DNA of 64,000 bases from Eledone cirrhosa (Eukaryota). Positions 12,506 to 25,199 of this stretch are shown here, piece after piece. Where the stretch lies: contig OZ024743.1 in assembly GCA_964016885.1 (NCBI GenBank), forward strand, positions 166,966,001 to 167,030,000. Reading direction: 5' to 3'. The notes under the pieces were generated by a model. It searched no databases, was not told where the DNA came from, and saw only the letters and a list, made by a program, of their open reading frames with translations. Every line of letters starts with the position of its first letter. Within the stretch, counting starts at the first letter, position 1. The position numbers were made by a program, and so were the translations under genes.

Positions 12506-12684
12506 AACAAATACCAAGTAAACGGAGCGTTGACAAGAACGATGGCGAATGAATCTTCGTGGTAAGCAGATTCCTCCCGAGCTGTTAGTTCATACGGGAT
12601 TCTCTGCTACACCTTTTCGTAATAATACCGAACAACGTACTGCTGGTCCCTCCTTCCTCCAAAAGCCGTACAAAGCGGACATGT

Positions 12685-12895
12685 GCATCGGGTGCATCAC
12701 ATGTCCATACCATCTCAGCCTTCTCTCCTGCACACCACAACTTATACCCAGTTTCTTTCTCAATTCGGCTATGGTTGGTCGTTCACGCACATTGACATTG
12801 TACATCCAACGGAGCATACTTGCTTCATTTCTCTCCAGCCGTTACATATCTTCTGCAGCATCACACATCTCACACAGGCATCATATAACCGTCCT
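12685..12895 (-). mobile_element. Degenerate RTE fragment
   Basis: MLRWMYNVNVRERP...VQERRLRWYGHVM. Confidence 0.75.
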
Positions 12896-13174
12896 ATATA
12901 AATATATATATACTAGCTGAGGTACCCAGCTTTGCCAAGGTTAACAAATGATAAGAGAAGACTGGCAGAAAAGAAAACGTCTGTATTGAATGCATTGACT
13001 TGTTTACAGTGTGTGTGTGTGTATGTTTGGGTTTGTTTATGTATATATTTATGTGTGTGAGTGTGTGTATGTTTGTGTGTTTGTGAATATATATATGTGT
13101 GTGTGTGTGTGTGTTCGTGTGTGTGTGTATATATGTGTGTTTGTGTATATATATATGTGTGTGTGTGTGTGCCT

Positions 13175-13215
<41 letters not shown>

Positions 13216-13380
13216 CCACCGTTGGAATCGGAGACATAGGCCGCGAAACACGATCATCACTGACAACGAACTCGAGAGAGAATCCGTTATGGTTGATTCC
13301 CAGCCTGCTAGAAATAGCAGTCAGGTTGGTTAGCGTACGTGGTATGTCTTTCTTCTTCTTTGGTGTTATAAAATTAGTAT

Positions 13381-15470
13381 TGTAGCGGTTGTCTCCCTTG
13401 TTTTGATTAGGATCTAGACGGGAAGTGGAACCCTTTCTGCAACTTCCGGTCAGAGCCCTATAAAACTAACAACTTTGGGCTTCCTTTCTCTCTTTGCCTT
13501 TTCGGCACCAGGTCAAAGAGCCTCTCATTTGGCTCTGCCATTAATTTGGCCAACAGGCGCCTGGCCTTAGCCAGGCGCCCTCTGCCAGCCGCGTTTGCCT
13601 GGCAATCAAAACGGTAACTACTAACTTTGTTTCATTCTAACATCTATATTTCACATGTCAAGTATTCTATCTACCGTTAATTAAATATTATATACACAAA
13701 CAATGTCTCGTTTTGTTACATTCATACAACACCCAGTATCCTCGCTATATTGGTAACCCCGACGTGATACGAACACGCAGCCGTTCATCGCTATAAGTGG
13801 TCACCCCCAAAAAAAGAAAAAAATAGCACATCTGGTTTTGTGAGTAACATTACGAATACACAGCAAATTTAGCGACAAACTATGAAAATACTCAAGGACA
13901 CGCACACACGCACATGTGGAATTCGCACAGACATACTTTTTCTCTCACGCATCAATTAACTGTCGCATTTCACCAATATATATATATATGTTTCTCGTTT
14001 CTTACAACGAACACTTTCAAAACAAAAAAAACATTTCACGATATATATATATGTTTCTCGTTTCTTACAACGAACTCTTTCAAAACACAAAAAAAAAAAA
14101 AAAAGAAATTTGATATTCTTTAAAAAACATTTCAACAGGAACATTTATTTTCGATGAACCATTGCCTTTTGTTCTTCGTTTTCTTCATCGTTCAAGTTTT
14201 TTTTTTTTTTTCCAAAAGTTCACACCTATAATTATGCTGATTGAAGCCTTTCTTTTTCATCATTGTCACTTTCAAAATTGCACTATCATTTTCTCGCGCG
14301 TTAGAAATATTTTTTTTTCAACCTTGTATTGGCACGTGTAGGCAGCATAAATTCTCGATTCACTGAGATGTCTCTACTCACAAACAGCCGCACGCCATTT
14401 ATCACCAGGGATTCTTCAGCCTTAAGCTATATTCTTCTATTTGCCGGTTTATAAATTTACAATGTAAATTTACCGTTGATAACCGCGCATTTATTAAGAA
14501 TGCTTATTTCTCTGGTCGCTGGCCTCTTGACCCTTCCAGGTCAACGCATTCTCAACATCGACCATCAACTTCGGCTGCTATTTCTAGCACTTTGCGCAAC
14601 TCATTTTTTTCTAAAAAAAAAATTTTTTACTGTGAATTTAAACACCGAATACGCTCACTCAGCGAGACAACAGCAGCAGCAACAGCAATACATCAATACA
14701 GCTTCACCAAAGCCAGAGAATTCATTTTTGCAGCACTCTTCCTGTGAGAAAATCCATTCGGAGGTTGGAAATTTCACGATATACCACAGAACAGAAACCA
14801 CCTGCATTCATTCTCTGGAACACACTTTCTTTCCTGCTGTCATGTGATTGCACACCTGTGAACTATATTTTGAACTTTGAGCTCTTCTATTACTTTTACT
14901 TTATTACATTGTATCTTTGGGTGATGGATAGATGGATGTCCAGTCGTTCTCTGGCCAAGAGCGGTTGGCTACCTTGATATCTATCATTGATTTTTCCAAA
15001 CATTCTTTTGTCGTAATTTTCATGCCTGTTACAACATTCTCGCCAACTTGCTACATATTTTCATTTCGATTTTTATACACTAAAATTCTGGCGGGAGGTT
15101 ATGTAGCGGTTGTCTCCCTTGTTTTGATTAGGATCTAGACGGGAAGTGGAACCCTTTCTGCAACTTCCGGTCAGAGCCCTATAAAACTAACAACTTTGGG
15201 CTTCCTTTCTCTCTTTGCCTTTTCGGCACCAGGTCGAAGAGCCTCTCATTTGGCTCTGCCATTAATTTGGCCAACAGGCGCCTGGCCTTAGCCAGGCGCC
15301 CTCTGCCAGCCGCGTTTGCCTGGCAATCAAAATGGTAACTACTAACTTTGTTTCATTCTAACATCTATATTTCACATGTCAAGTATTCTATCTACCGTTA
15401 ATTAAATATTATATACACAAACAATGTCTCGTTTTGTTACATTCATACAACACCCAGTATCCTCGCTATA
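13381..15470 (+). mobile_element. Non-autonomous LTR retrotransposon (Gypsy-type cis signals): LTRs 13381-13749 and 15102-15470
   Basis: 369-bp direct repeats with 2 visible differences; tgtagcg...cgctata ends; 4-bp TSD GTAT; PBS; PPT-like ggcgggagg before the 3' LTR; no gag/pol ORF. Confidence 0.93.
13751..13768 (+). promoter_or_regulatory. Primer-binding site complementary to tRNA-Trp 3' end
   Basis: TGGTAACCCCGACGTGAT, one mismatch to TGGTGACCCCGACGTGAT, 1 nt after the 5' LTR. Confidence 0.85.
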
Positions 15471-15984
15471 GTATCAATAAACTTTCCTGGATATACTCTT
15501 ATCCCAATCCTGTACATACTTTCCGATTGTCACTTTCCGTTTTTTTTCGTATGATACGCGAAGGAACCAACCAACAAACATCTCTCTTTTATATCTCTTT
15601 TATTTGTTCATTCAAAATATTTTTCACCTAATTCTGTCATACAATATACATCAGCAATCGTTATCTAATGTTTAAAACATGAATAGCTGCGATATATGCA
15701 CCATATCAATCAAAAACGATATGAGAGAATTGAATACCATACTAAAGCTCCAGTAAGCTTGCTAAGAACCTGCAGATAGAAATGTTAATAAATACAACAT
15801 TTGGCTTGGGTAAACTTTAAGATGTTCTTTCATTGTAGGTTTCTTTTCTCAGCCAGTACATTAAAGAAAATTGATAGTTACAACAATAAAGGTTGAACAG
15901 AGAACACATTTTTTAACAAACTTTACAATAATTTGTACAACCATAATGGAAATTCCAACTAACAGAAAATACATAAATTACATT

Positions 15985-16170
15985 GTTAGAGCCTCAGAGT
16001 ATACAATACTTTTTGTTCGGCCCTCGGGAGCAAAGATGAAGAGATTGTTTGGCGAGCTCACTCTAAAGCATCCTACATACAATTGACCATGGTTTTCCCA
16101 GATGAAGGCCAGCCACTTTTAGGGTTTGACCCTGAGCTTTGTTGATGGTAATCGTGAAGCTTAGTCTCTC
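15985..16170 (-). pseudogene. Helitron Pif1-family helicase C-terminal remnant
   Basis: Translates (with frameshift) RLSFTITINKAQGQTLKVAGLHL / HGQLYVGCFRVSSPNNLFIFAPEGRTKSIVYSEAL, resembling helicase motifs V-VI. Confidence 0.88.
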
Positions 16171-17003
16171 TGTTGCTCTAGTAACATTTTTTCTTCTGAA
16201 AAATCTGGTCTTGCAGCCAGGCTAGGACTTTTGGGGTGGCATATCGGCAGTAACAATGATGATAAGCCGTCTGTGCTTTCGTGAAATAAATACATTTGTT
16301 TATATTTTGTTTTTGTGTATGCAAAAATATCTGTACACGAATATATAATTATATATATATATATTAAAATAACAGATTAAAGTTTAAGCAAAAAAATCAC
16401 TGTTTTCACCCTTAACGGGATCTTCTGAAAGTAAAAAAATCAATCTGTGAACATGGAAGTAAATATTTCGAAAAACGTTGCAACCGAAAGAAAACAGGAA
16501 GATGATACTTTGGTTCGTGAAGACGTTAGGAATGTCGTATAACCGGAAGTGTTGACATTTGAAAATTTTAAAGAAGTGAATATTTAAATAAACGATAAAA
16601 TATCTTGAATCTTTTAACAAATTTAGTAGACGAAAATACCCTCACTTTCTTACTTGGAAAAAGTTACATCTATAGTGCAAATTTGGTGCCGGTTAGTTCA
16701 GGTGTTTGGCAGAAAATTTGTTACCTACATATGGCCATCAACGTTATAGTATAGATATAAATGTATATATATATATATATAAATATATATATACAAATAT
16801 ATGTATATAAATATTTATAAATATATAAATACAAATATATGGATATATAAATATATATACAAATAAGCAAAAGGGATATTCAATTTGTTGGTAATTCAAC
16901 AAATATAAATGTTTATAACTGATTCAGAGCACTCGACAGATTTTCTGGAGTATAATATTCAATGATATTAAATAAATGGAAACCATATTTATAAAACCAT
17001 ATT

Positions 17004-17064
17004 TATTCTATTATATATATTTCAAGGATACCAAAACTTTGGTACGCTCTCATCAGATAAAATA
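17004..17064 (-). ncRNA. Minimal hammerhead ribozyme
   Basis: Minus strand: tattttat-CTGATGA-gagcgtaccaaa..ttggtatcctt-GAAA-TATATA-TA-atagaata. Confidence 0.75.
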
Positions 17065-17724
17065 CAAAGTTTGTTTTATAAATTTTGACATAACCAAGAA
17101 AAGATACCTTAACGGTTCAAGTTTTTCTTGGATAGTGAAGGAAAAGAGAAGAAAAGTCAGATATTTCAAATTATTAAGATGAGTATGCAAATGAGGTTAG
17201 GTATAGGGCTGAAAAAACGTTATAGGATATATATATGTATAAGTAGAAAGAAGAAAAAAATAAAAAAAGAAAGAAGAGCTTGTATTTACGTTAATTTAAA
17301 AGGAATTAACAATTTGCGGGAATGGTGGAATATGATTCCAGAATTTAAAATTTATTTAGCTATATTATGAGTTATAATATTGTATATATAATCAATTAGA
17401 TTATATGGAGAATTATGGTTGTAAGAAGATTTTATCTTATTACATTACAACAGGTTGTAAGTATATAAATATCTATATAGATTAATAATTGTGCATGTAT
17501 AAGTATTATAGAAATAGAAATAAGTTACAATTATTAGTTGTTTACATTTCTAATATGAGTTACGAAGGATGTTGATTCTGCATTTTACATTAAAAAAAAC
17601 ACGTAGTTCAAGTTGTAAGAGAAGAACAATTTGTAGATTCAAATATTTTGTTCCAACATTGAAAATGTTTTCAGAATATTGTTAATTTAGCGAAGTTATA
17701 TAGTTTATCATACATATTATATTA

Positions 17725-19041
17725 CTAGCAGTGGTACCCGGCGTTGCATGGGATAAGGTATTTTGGAACGCGGGCCGCCAACAAACTTAATCTTGGAAAA
17801 ACTGCATGCCTCGACAATATGTAAAGAAAATAAACCGAATACTCTGATGGCTGGATAATCGTTAAGATTTTCCTCGATGAAGCAGGAAAAATGCAGGTTT
17901 TCACCTATTGCAGGCCCTAGGGCACCAAGAAAATGAATTTTTTTTATGTTCATAATATGCCTTGAAATTTCGGGAAAATCGGCTAGACGTAATGCCTAAA
18001 AAGAGCCCTAAAAAGCTGAAAAAATGAAGATTTTCACCTAATGCGGGCCCTAGGCCATAAAAAAGTTGGATTTTCTTTGCTCACGATATGAAGAAGAGAC
18101 TGAATAATACATAGTTACAATTTCAAGGAAATCGGTCTGACGTAACGACTCAAAATACCACTAAAAAGCTGAAAAAACAGTTTTTCACCTAATGCGGGCC
18201 CTAGGGGATCAAAAAGTTGAATTTATTATGTGCATAACACTCCCTGAAACATAACGCGGGCCGCCAACAGACCTAATTGTGGGAAAATTGCATGCCTGGA
18301 CAATATGCAAAGAAAATAAACCGAATACTCTGATGCAATTAGTATTAGGTATGCTTCTCTTCCACGTGGAGTAAATCAGCTTGGTGCTTTTGTACTTTAT
18401 TAAAGTGGCATGAGTCAGCAGGACAGATGTCACCACTTATGTCAGAGGGAAGTCTGCAATGCTTGAGCAAGGCATGACGGCCAATCGGACAGCATGTGGT
18501 GCCTTCTCAAAGGAGTCCACCGCACCTTAGTAAGTAAATTCAACTGGACAAACGTTTACCAAACTGTGGGTAGAATTTAACAAATTTAAAGAGGAATGGT
18601 GCAATAAAATGGGCCCTGAGACGTGTGCGCGTTCACTGGCAGCCCTAAACGAAAGGGTCGGCATCAGCTATTTCAAGGGCCCTTAAAAGGGCCGTGTAAG
18701 CCATTCACTGACACCCCAGTAAGGAGGGATAACCATCAACAATTGTGAGATTTGTCTTGAGCAAGGGTGGAAGAATAACCGGAGGCAGCAGACAGCCAGA
18801 CATACAGACAGATATTATAAGGGTGCGACGTTATATGTATCTATCTAAAAAGAGAAAGACTAAGAATTATAGAGAGAGATCGCTAAATCGCTTAATTTGA
18901 GATTTTCTTTGCTCAGAACACTCCCTGAAACATAAGTATTACATGTGTAAAGTTTGAAAACAGTCGGTTGGGTGCTTCTCGAGTTTTAGGATTCAAACTC
19001 ACACCCACACAGACAGACATCCTCAGTTTTGTATATATAGA
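17725..19041 (-). mobile_element. Non-autonomous Helitron
   Basis: Minus strand A|TCtatatatac...cccatgcaacgccgggtaccactgCTAG|T; internal repeats (ttttcacctaatgcgggccctagg-like x3; 17765-17850 vs 18250-18335). Confidence 0.82.
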
Positions 19042-20046
19042 TAATATAATGTTTATGTTTGCACGATTGAAAAGGAAAAGAAAACTCCAATCTTGTTTGC
19101 TAACAGTTAAATTTGATGAATGATTTACTCAGAAAACATATATTATTTTGTGTGAGATTAATTTCAATTATATATTAATTTAGTCGAAAGATGTGTGAAA
19201 GTTTGAAGATCAAAGAAGAGCAAGAAAGTAATGTGCATTTCGAAGAACTATCGTAAAGAGGATAACTTTCAGAATGTCAATTAAAGATTATCAAACTACA
19301 TCTAAAAATATAGATTTAGAGGAGTATCATTAAGAAAATAATGTCAAATGGTAAAAATAGTAAAAATATAAAAAAATTAAGAAGGAAGATCATTTAAAAA
19401 GAATTTAAATTTAAATTTTTAAAGAAAATACTCAGTAAATAATAAGATCATTTTAACGGTGTATAAGATATAGTCAAGTATAATGAATATCATAAATTAA
19501 AAATACTTCTGAAAGTGGAATTTGGCGATGTTTGCAACTAGAAAATAATTCTGTTTTAAGATTAATAGAGTTTTGACAGTTAATTATATAGAAAAAATTT
19601 CCTCGATACACAAGTTACATAATCTTGAGAAAGCCATATTTCGGTATGCAGGTGCTTTCAAAATCGTTCCCCAAGATATTGAATAATCTATATTGTTGTC
19701 TTTTAAATTCCAAATTAAATGTGAAAGTGAAGTGGAAGATATTTTATCAGATCTATTAAATGTGTTTTACCAGCGTTCTTTGAATTTTGTAGAAGTGGCA
19801 CCAATATGGTTATTTTGTCTCTAGTTTTAACTGTGCATTTATAAATTACGTTTTTGTCTAAGCAATTATTATGCGGTTTTGAATGTTGTTATTTATGGGC
19901 TGAGATTTGGGTTTGTTGATGTTTTGTAGTGATGCATTCTGTGGTTGTGATGTTGTTATGTGTTTGTGTTTTGTATTTGGTGTTATGGTGTTTGTAGGTT
20001 ATTTTCATGAGAGATTCTTTTATAGTTAATTTTATGTATGTGTGAT

Positions 20047-20173
20047 TCTATGTTGGTTGCAGCAGAGTAAGATAGTTTGATAGTATTTCTATTAAAGATT
20101 TTATGGTATATACCATAAAATCTTTAATATAAATACTATCAAACTATCTTACTCTACTGCCACCAACATAGAA
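20047..20173. repeat. Loopless palindrome (~63-bp arms)
   Basis: Centred on ttttatggtatataccataaaa. Confidence 0.9.
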
Positions 20174-20240
20174 TGTTCTTCGCGCACATATAACATTAAA
20201 AAAAAAATTTTTTATCATCTTCATTCTAACTTATTTCATT

Positions 20241-20412
20241 TCATCATCATCATTTCATTTTACGTCCGCTTTTTCCCTGCTTGCAAGGGTGGGACGGGAA
20301 CTGATGCTAGCTTGATTTCTACAGCTGGATGCCCTTCCTAACACCAACCTCATTTACAGTGAGTGCTGGGTGCTTTTTTACCGTGGCACCTCCACGACCA
20401 CTTTGCAGTGGA
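20241..20412 (-). mobile_element. Short chimeric RTE-derived element
   Basis: Family-A tail (ttttacgtccgc..gcaagggtgggacggg) joined to family-B UTR motif (ggatgcccttcctaacaccaacc). Confidence 0.75.
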
Positions 20413-21664
20413 ATATGAACCCCAGTCCCTCTCATCTTATTTCTACAGCAGAGTAAACTGGATTATTTATTTATTATTTTTTCTTTTTCTTTATCTTTTT
20501 TCTCTTTTCTTCTTTCTTTTTCTCTCTCCCTTTTTCTTTTTGTCTTTTTCTTTCTTTATTACTGATGTTATAATTTGAATTTTCCTAGTATATTATAAAC
20601 GTTGTGTATAATTTTAATCAGTTTCTGATGATTTGATTAAGCATACATTGTATTTAAAATTGAGTGACACAACTTCAAGTGATTAGCAATTTTTAGACAA
20701 CTTAATCAATGAAACAATTGTTAATACTGTAAAAACTCCTTTTTGTACTGTTGACCATGTTATTCTTCATTCTTTCACTATTAAGATTAACCTGCATAGG
20801 AATTCCCGAGAACTCACAAACTCGCTACCTAGGAAACATCTTGTTGAGTCAAACAATGCCATACGCTAAAACTATCCACAATACGGAGTATTCACAACCT
20901 CTAACTGGATTACCTATAATGATAATTTGTTATCCCATATATATATATATATATATATAGGCGATTTAGGAATAAACACCAATAAAATTAAACTTTATTT
21001 TATTGGTGTTTATTCCTAAATCGCCTATGATGATGATATATGTGTGCTGGCTGCTCCCTTAAACCATCACATCTTGTTCTCTCTCTCTCATTCATTCACC
21101 CTGGTGCTACGAAGCCAGGCGCACATTTCTGATTTCTGAAAGTCTACATGGATTCCTAAATACTGTCAGCTCCCAGTTCATCCGTAAATATTATTCCCCT
21201 TTCTCGTAGATATCTGCCTTTCTTCTTTCTCAATTAAAAATGCCCTGTTCCCACTGGTCATTTTTAATGTTATCAATTTTTCAAACTACACCACGTTGGC
21301 TATTAGACCTCTCCCTTAACCCATCACATTTCGTTCTCTCTCTCTCATTCATTCATTTTATTGCTGTTTATTCCTAAATCTCCTATGATGATGATAAATG
21401 TGTGCTGGCTGCTTATCTCTCTCACAATTTCCCTCCCCCCACCCCCACTCACCACCATAGGCTATTTGACCAATCAAACCTCAACCCATTATCAACCCCA
21501 ACAAACACTATTACTACTACTGCCCTCCTAGCCCTTACCAGCCCCAACATCTCTGCCATTCCTACTACTACTACTGTCCTTCTAGCCCTGCACTAAATAA
21601 TAATAACTCCTCACTGATATCTATGAATGAACTGGGGATAAATGGAACAACCCCGAATTAATAA

Positions 21665-24600
21665 ATGAATATGAATCCGCAAGCTACCAAACACCCATGC
21701 AAAGCTGCAATCCAGAGACAGGTTGTATACACACAGCCTCGCAAAAATTCACCCCATCGTACAAGTGATGGGAAATGTCCAAAACTCCGAGTTGGAACCA
21801 TCAATGTAAGCACAATGAAAGGAAGAGCAAGTGATATTGTAGAGATGCTAGAGCGAAAGGAAATTGGTGTATGCTCTGTCCAAGAGACTAGATGGAGAGG
21901 AGAGTTCGCTAGAGTCCTCGTAGGCAAAAGCCAATGCTACAAGTTTTTCTGGGTGGGAAATGACAATGGGATGGGAGGGGTAGGTGTACTATTAGCTGAC
22001 AAATGGGTAGATAAGGTAATCTCAGTGAACAGCGTGAATGCAAGAATCATCAAACTCAGATTAGTCCTGAATAACACAATTACCACAATCATATCAGCTT
22101 ACGCACCTCAATCAGGGTTGCCAGACGAACTTAAGGATAGATTTTTATGAGTCCCTAATGCACACTACTGCCCTAACAAGCGACAATGACTTCCTAATCA
22201 TTGCAAGAGATTTCAACGAACACGTTGGTAAACATTGTGACGGCTTCTATAGAGTCCATGGAGGCAACAGGTTTGGCACAAGAAATGAAGAAGGCTTCAG
22301 GCTTCTGGAATTCTGCGACGCCAATGACATGTCGATATGTAACACAAACTTCAAAAAGCCCTACAACCATCTGATCACTTATAGATCAGGGGAGCATTCT
22401 AGTCAGATAGATTTTATCCTCATCAGAGGACGTGATAGATGGACGGTTGTGAACACAAAAGCCTTCCCAACGTAACTTAGTTGTCAGCAACCTCACGGTC
22501 AGAACTAGACGAACTTGGAAACAGAAGCCAGCCTGGAGAAGAAAGATCTGGAAGCTGAAAGACCTCTCAGTCAGTAACAGATTTAAAGATATTCTACTCG
22601 ACGAGTACATTACATAGAGACCAGGAGGGAAGCTAGGTGACAAGTATACTTAGCTAGAAGGGAAGCAGAGGATAGAAAATTCAAGCATATTTTGCAAGTT
22701 GAGGACCAGAAACAGGAGGTGTTCAAGATTGCGAGGCAGTGTGTCAGAGAGTTGTGATGTCATTGGAGAGAAGTGTATCCGGAATGATAATGGTGAGCTT
22801 GCCCTCACAAGTGCCGAGAAGAAAGCTGCGTGGAAGAGCCATTATGAAAGATTACTAAACGAGGAGAATGCATAGGAAAAAGAGACCCTACCCCAAGTGG
22901 ACCCTATAGAGGGGCCAGCAGTACAAGTCAGCAGCAGCGTAGTAAGTAAGGCAATCAAAGATATGAAGACAAGGAAGGCAACCAGTTCATCGGGTATAGC
23001 TGCCGAGATGCTGAAAGCATCTGGGTCAGTAGGTCACACCATAACCACACGAATTGTTAACCAGGTAATACTAGAAGGTGTCATACCAAAGGATTGGTGC
23101 AGTAGCATCATTGTCAACTGCTACAAAGGTAAAGGTGATGCACTAGAGAGAGAAAACTATAGAGGTATAAAGGTCATGAAAGTAAAAGAAAGAGTTATAG
23201 CACCGTTGAATAGAGACCGGGTGAAACTAGATGAGATGCAATTTGGGTTTGTACCAGGAAAAGGCACCACTGATGCCCTCTTCCTTCTGAAGCAGTTACA
23301 GGAAAAGTACCTAGCTAAAAGTAAGCCACTCTACCTAGCATTCGTCGATCTCGAGAAAGCCTTTGACAGAGTTCCCCATGCTATAATCTGGTGGGCTCTG
23401 GAAAACTAGGAGTAGATGAATGGCTTGTGAAAGCTGTACAAGCCATGTATAGGGGAGCAGTCAGCAAAGTTAGGATTAGCAATGAGTATAGTGAGGAATT
23501 TAGCGTACAGGTCGGTGTCCACCAGGGCTCTGTTCTTAGCCCTCTCCTGTTCATCATAATCCTTCAGGCAATAACGGAGGAGTTTAAGACCAGATGCCCA
23601 TGGGAACTCCTGTATGCAGATGACTTCGCACTTATAGCTGAATCTATGGTAGAACTAGAGAAGAAATTTCAAACTTGGAAAGAAAGGGTCTCAAAGTCAA
23701 CCTGACAAAGACTAAGGTCCTTGTAAGTAGACGAGAAAACAGAATCCAGATTCCCTCAGGGAAATTGCCTTGCTCAGTATGTAGGAAAGGTGTAGGTAGG
23801 AACTCCATTCTCTGCCCCAAATGCTAACAATGGGTACACAAGAGATGTAGCAGGATCTCAGGAAACTTAATTAAGAATGTAGGTTTCACATGTAGCAGCT
23901 GTGCTGGGACAGCAAGCAACAAACAGCCACAGGAAACAAGTACCACCAAACTCTGGGAGGGCTCTGTAGAAACAGTAGACAGCTTCTGCTTCCTAAGTGA
24001 CCGAATTAACAGAGGAGGTGGGTGTTCGGAAAGTACAATAACTAGGGTAAGAACAGGATGGAAAAGTTCAGGGAGCTACTGCCACTGCTCGCTGCAAAAG
24101 GCTTTTCCCTCAAAATAAAAGGCAGACTGTATGATGCGTGTATACGAACAGCAATGTTACATGGTAGTGAGACCTGGGCGCTGTCTGTAGAAGACTTGCG
24201 TAGATTAGAAAGAAACGAAGCCTGCATGCTCCGATGGATGTGTAATAGTAATATACGCGATCGACAAAGCATAAATAAATTGAGAGAGAGACTGAGCATA
24301 AGAGGAATCAAATGCTGTGTGCAGGAGAGGCGGTTGCGTTGGTATGGACATGCAATGCGTATGAAGGATGACAGCTGCATAAAAAGGTGCAGAGCACTAG
24401 AAGTCGATGGAAACCAAGGAGTGGGGATACCCAAGAAGACCCGGAATGAGGTGATAAAAGCCGACCTTACCCAATTACACCTCTCAAAGGCAATGAAACA
24501 TGACCGTGACCTCTGGCGTCACGCAGTAATACAGAAGACCCCGACTCCCCCACGGGTACAAGCCGAAGCTGGAGCATATAGACAATATGCCCCCACACCC

Positions 24601-24883
24601 TCCCACTGCAAAATGGTCATGGAGGTGCCACAGCAAAAAGGCACCCAGCCCACACTGTAAAGTGGACGTGTAGGCGCCACGGAAAAAAGCACCCAGCACT
24701 CACTGTAAATGAGGTTGGTGTTAGGAAGGGCATCCAGCTGTAGCAATCAAGCCAGAATCAGTTCCCGTATGAGCAAGGCATGGTCAGCCAACCGGACACT
24801 GCCCACAACAGGACAACCCGTCTAACCCATGCTAGCGTGAAAGAACTGATGTAAAACGGTGATGATGATGATGATGATGATGA
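21665..24883 (+). mobile_element. Near full-length but decayed RTE LINE (family B)
   Basis: APE (GTINVSTM, QETRW, SAYAPQ), RT (QFGF, FVDLEKAFD, HQGSVLSP, LYADD), C-terminus and (GAT)n tail; multiple stops, frameshifts and a deletion. Confidence 0.93.
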
Positions 24884-25053
24884 TACACACACACATACAT
24901 ACATATATATATATATATATATCATACACAAAACGCCAGCACCAACAGTTTTGCAAGAGATGACAACATGAAAGGACCTGTTATTTTTATCTAAAGACAT
25001 TTTTTCCAATTCCAACCCGCCCATCCCCTCAATCTATCTTATTTCTCATTCTT

Positions 25054-25089
25054 TCTTCTGATGAAGGGCTAGCGTCCGAAACGTTAAGA
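25054..25089 (+). ncRNA. Very minimal hammerhead ribozyme
   Basis: tctt-CTGATGA-agggctagcgtcc-GAAA-CG-TT-aaga. Confidence 0.7.
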
Positions 25090-25199
25090 CCCTCTTTCTG
25101 CTATATCAAGCGTTAACCTAATATATCGCTTCCATATACTGTACCGATTATGTTGTTATTTCTGTTTACCTTTTACATACATTATATATATATATATAG

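Larger units (their letters stand above)
12913..16755 (-). mobile_element. Internally deleted Helitron carrying a nested LTR element
   Basis: Minus strand starts A|TC (16755) and ends with GC-rich subterminal sequence + CTAG|T (12913); contains a Pif1 helicase remnant. Confidence 0.78.
16860..20110 (-). mobile_element. Highly degenerate PLE remnant split by a Helitron
   Basis: Terminus homologous to the PLE termini at 28.6/29.1 kb, with hammerhead; AT-rich decayed sequence; fold-back at the far end. Confidence 0.5.

Noticed and set aside
14476-14847. 123-aa ORF with poly-Q inside the LTR element
   Set aside because: Non-ATG start, no gag/pol or host motif; poly-Q is a short CAG microsatellite
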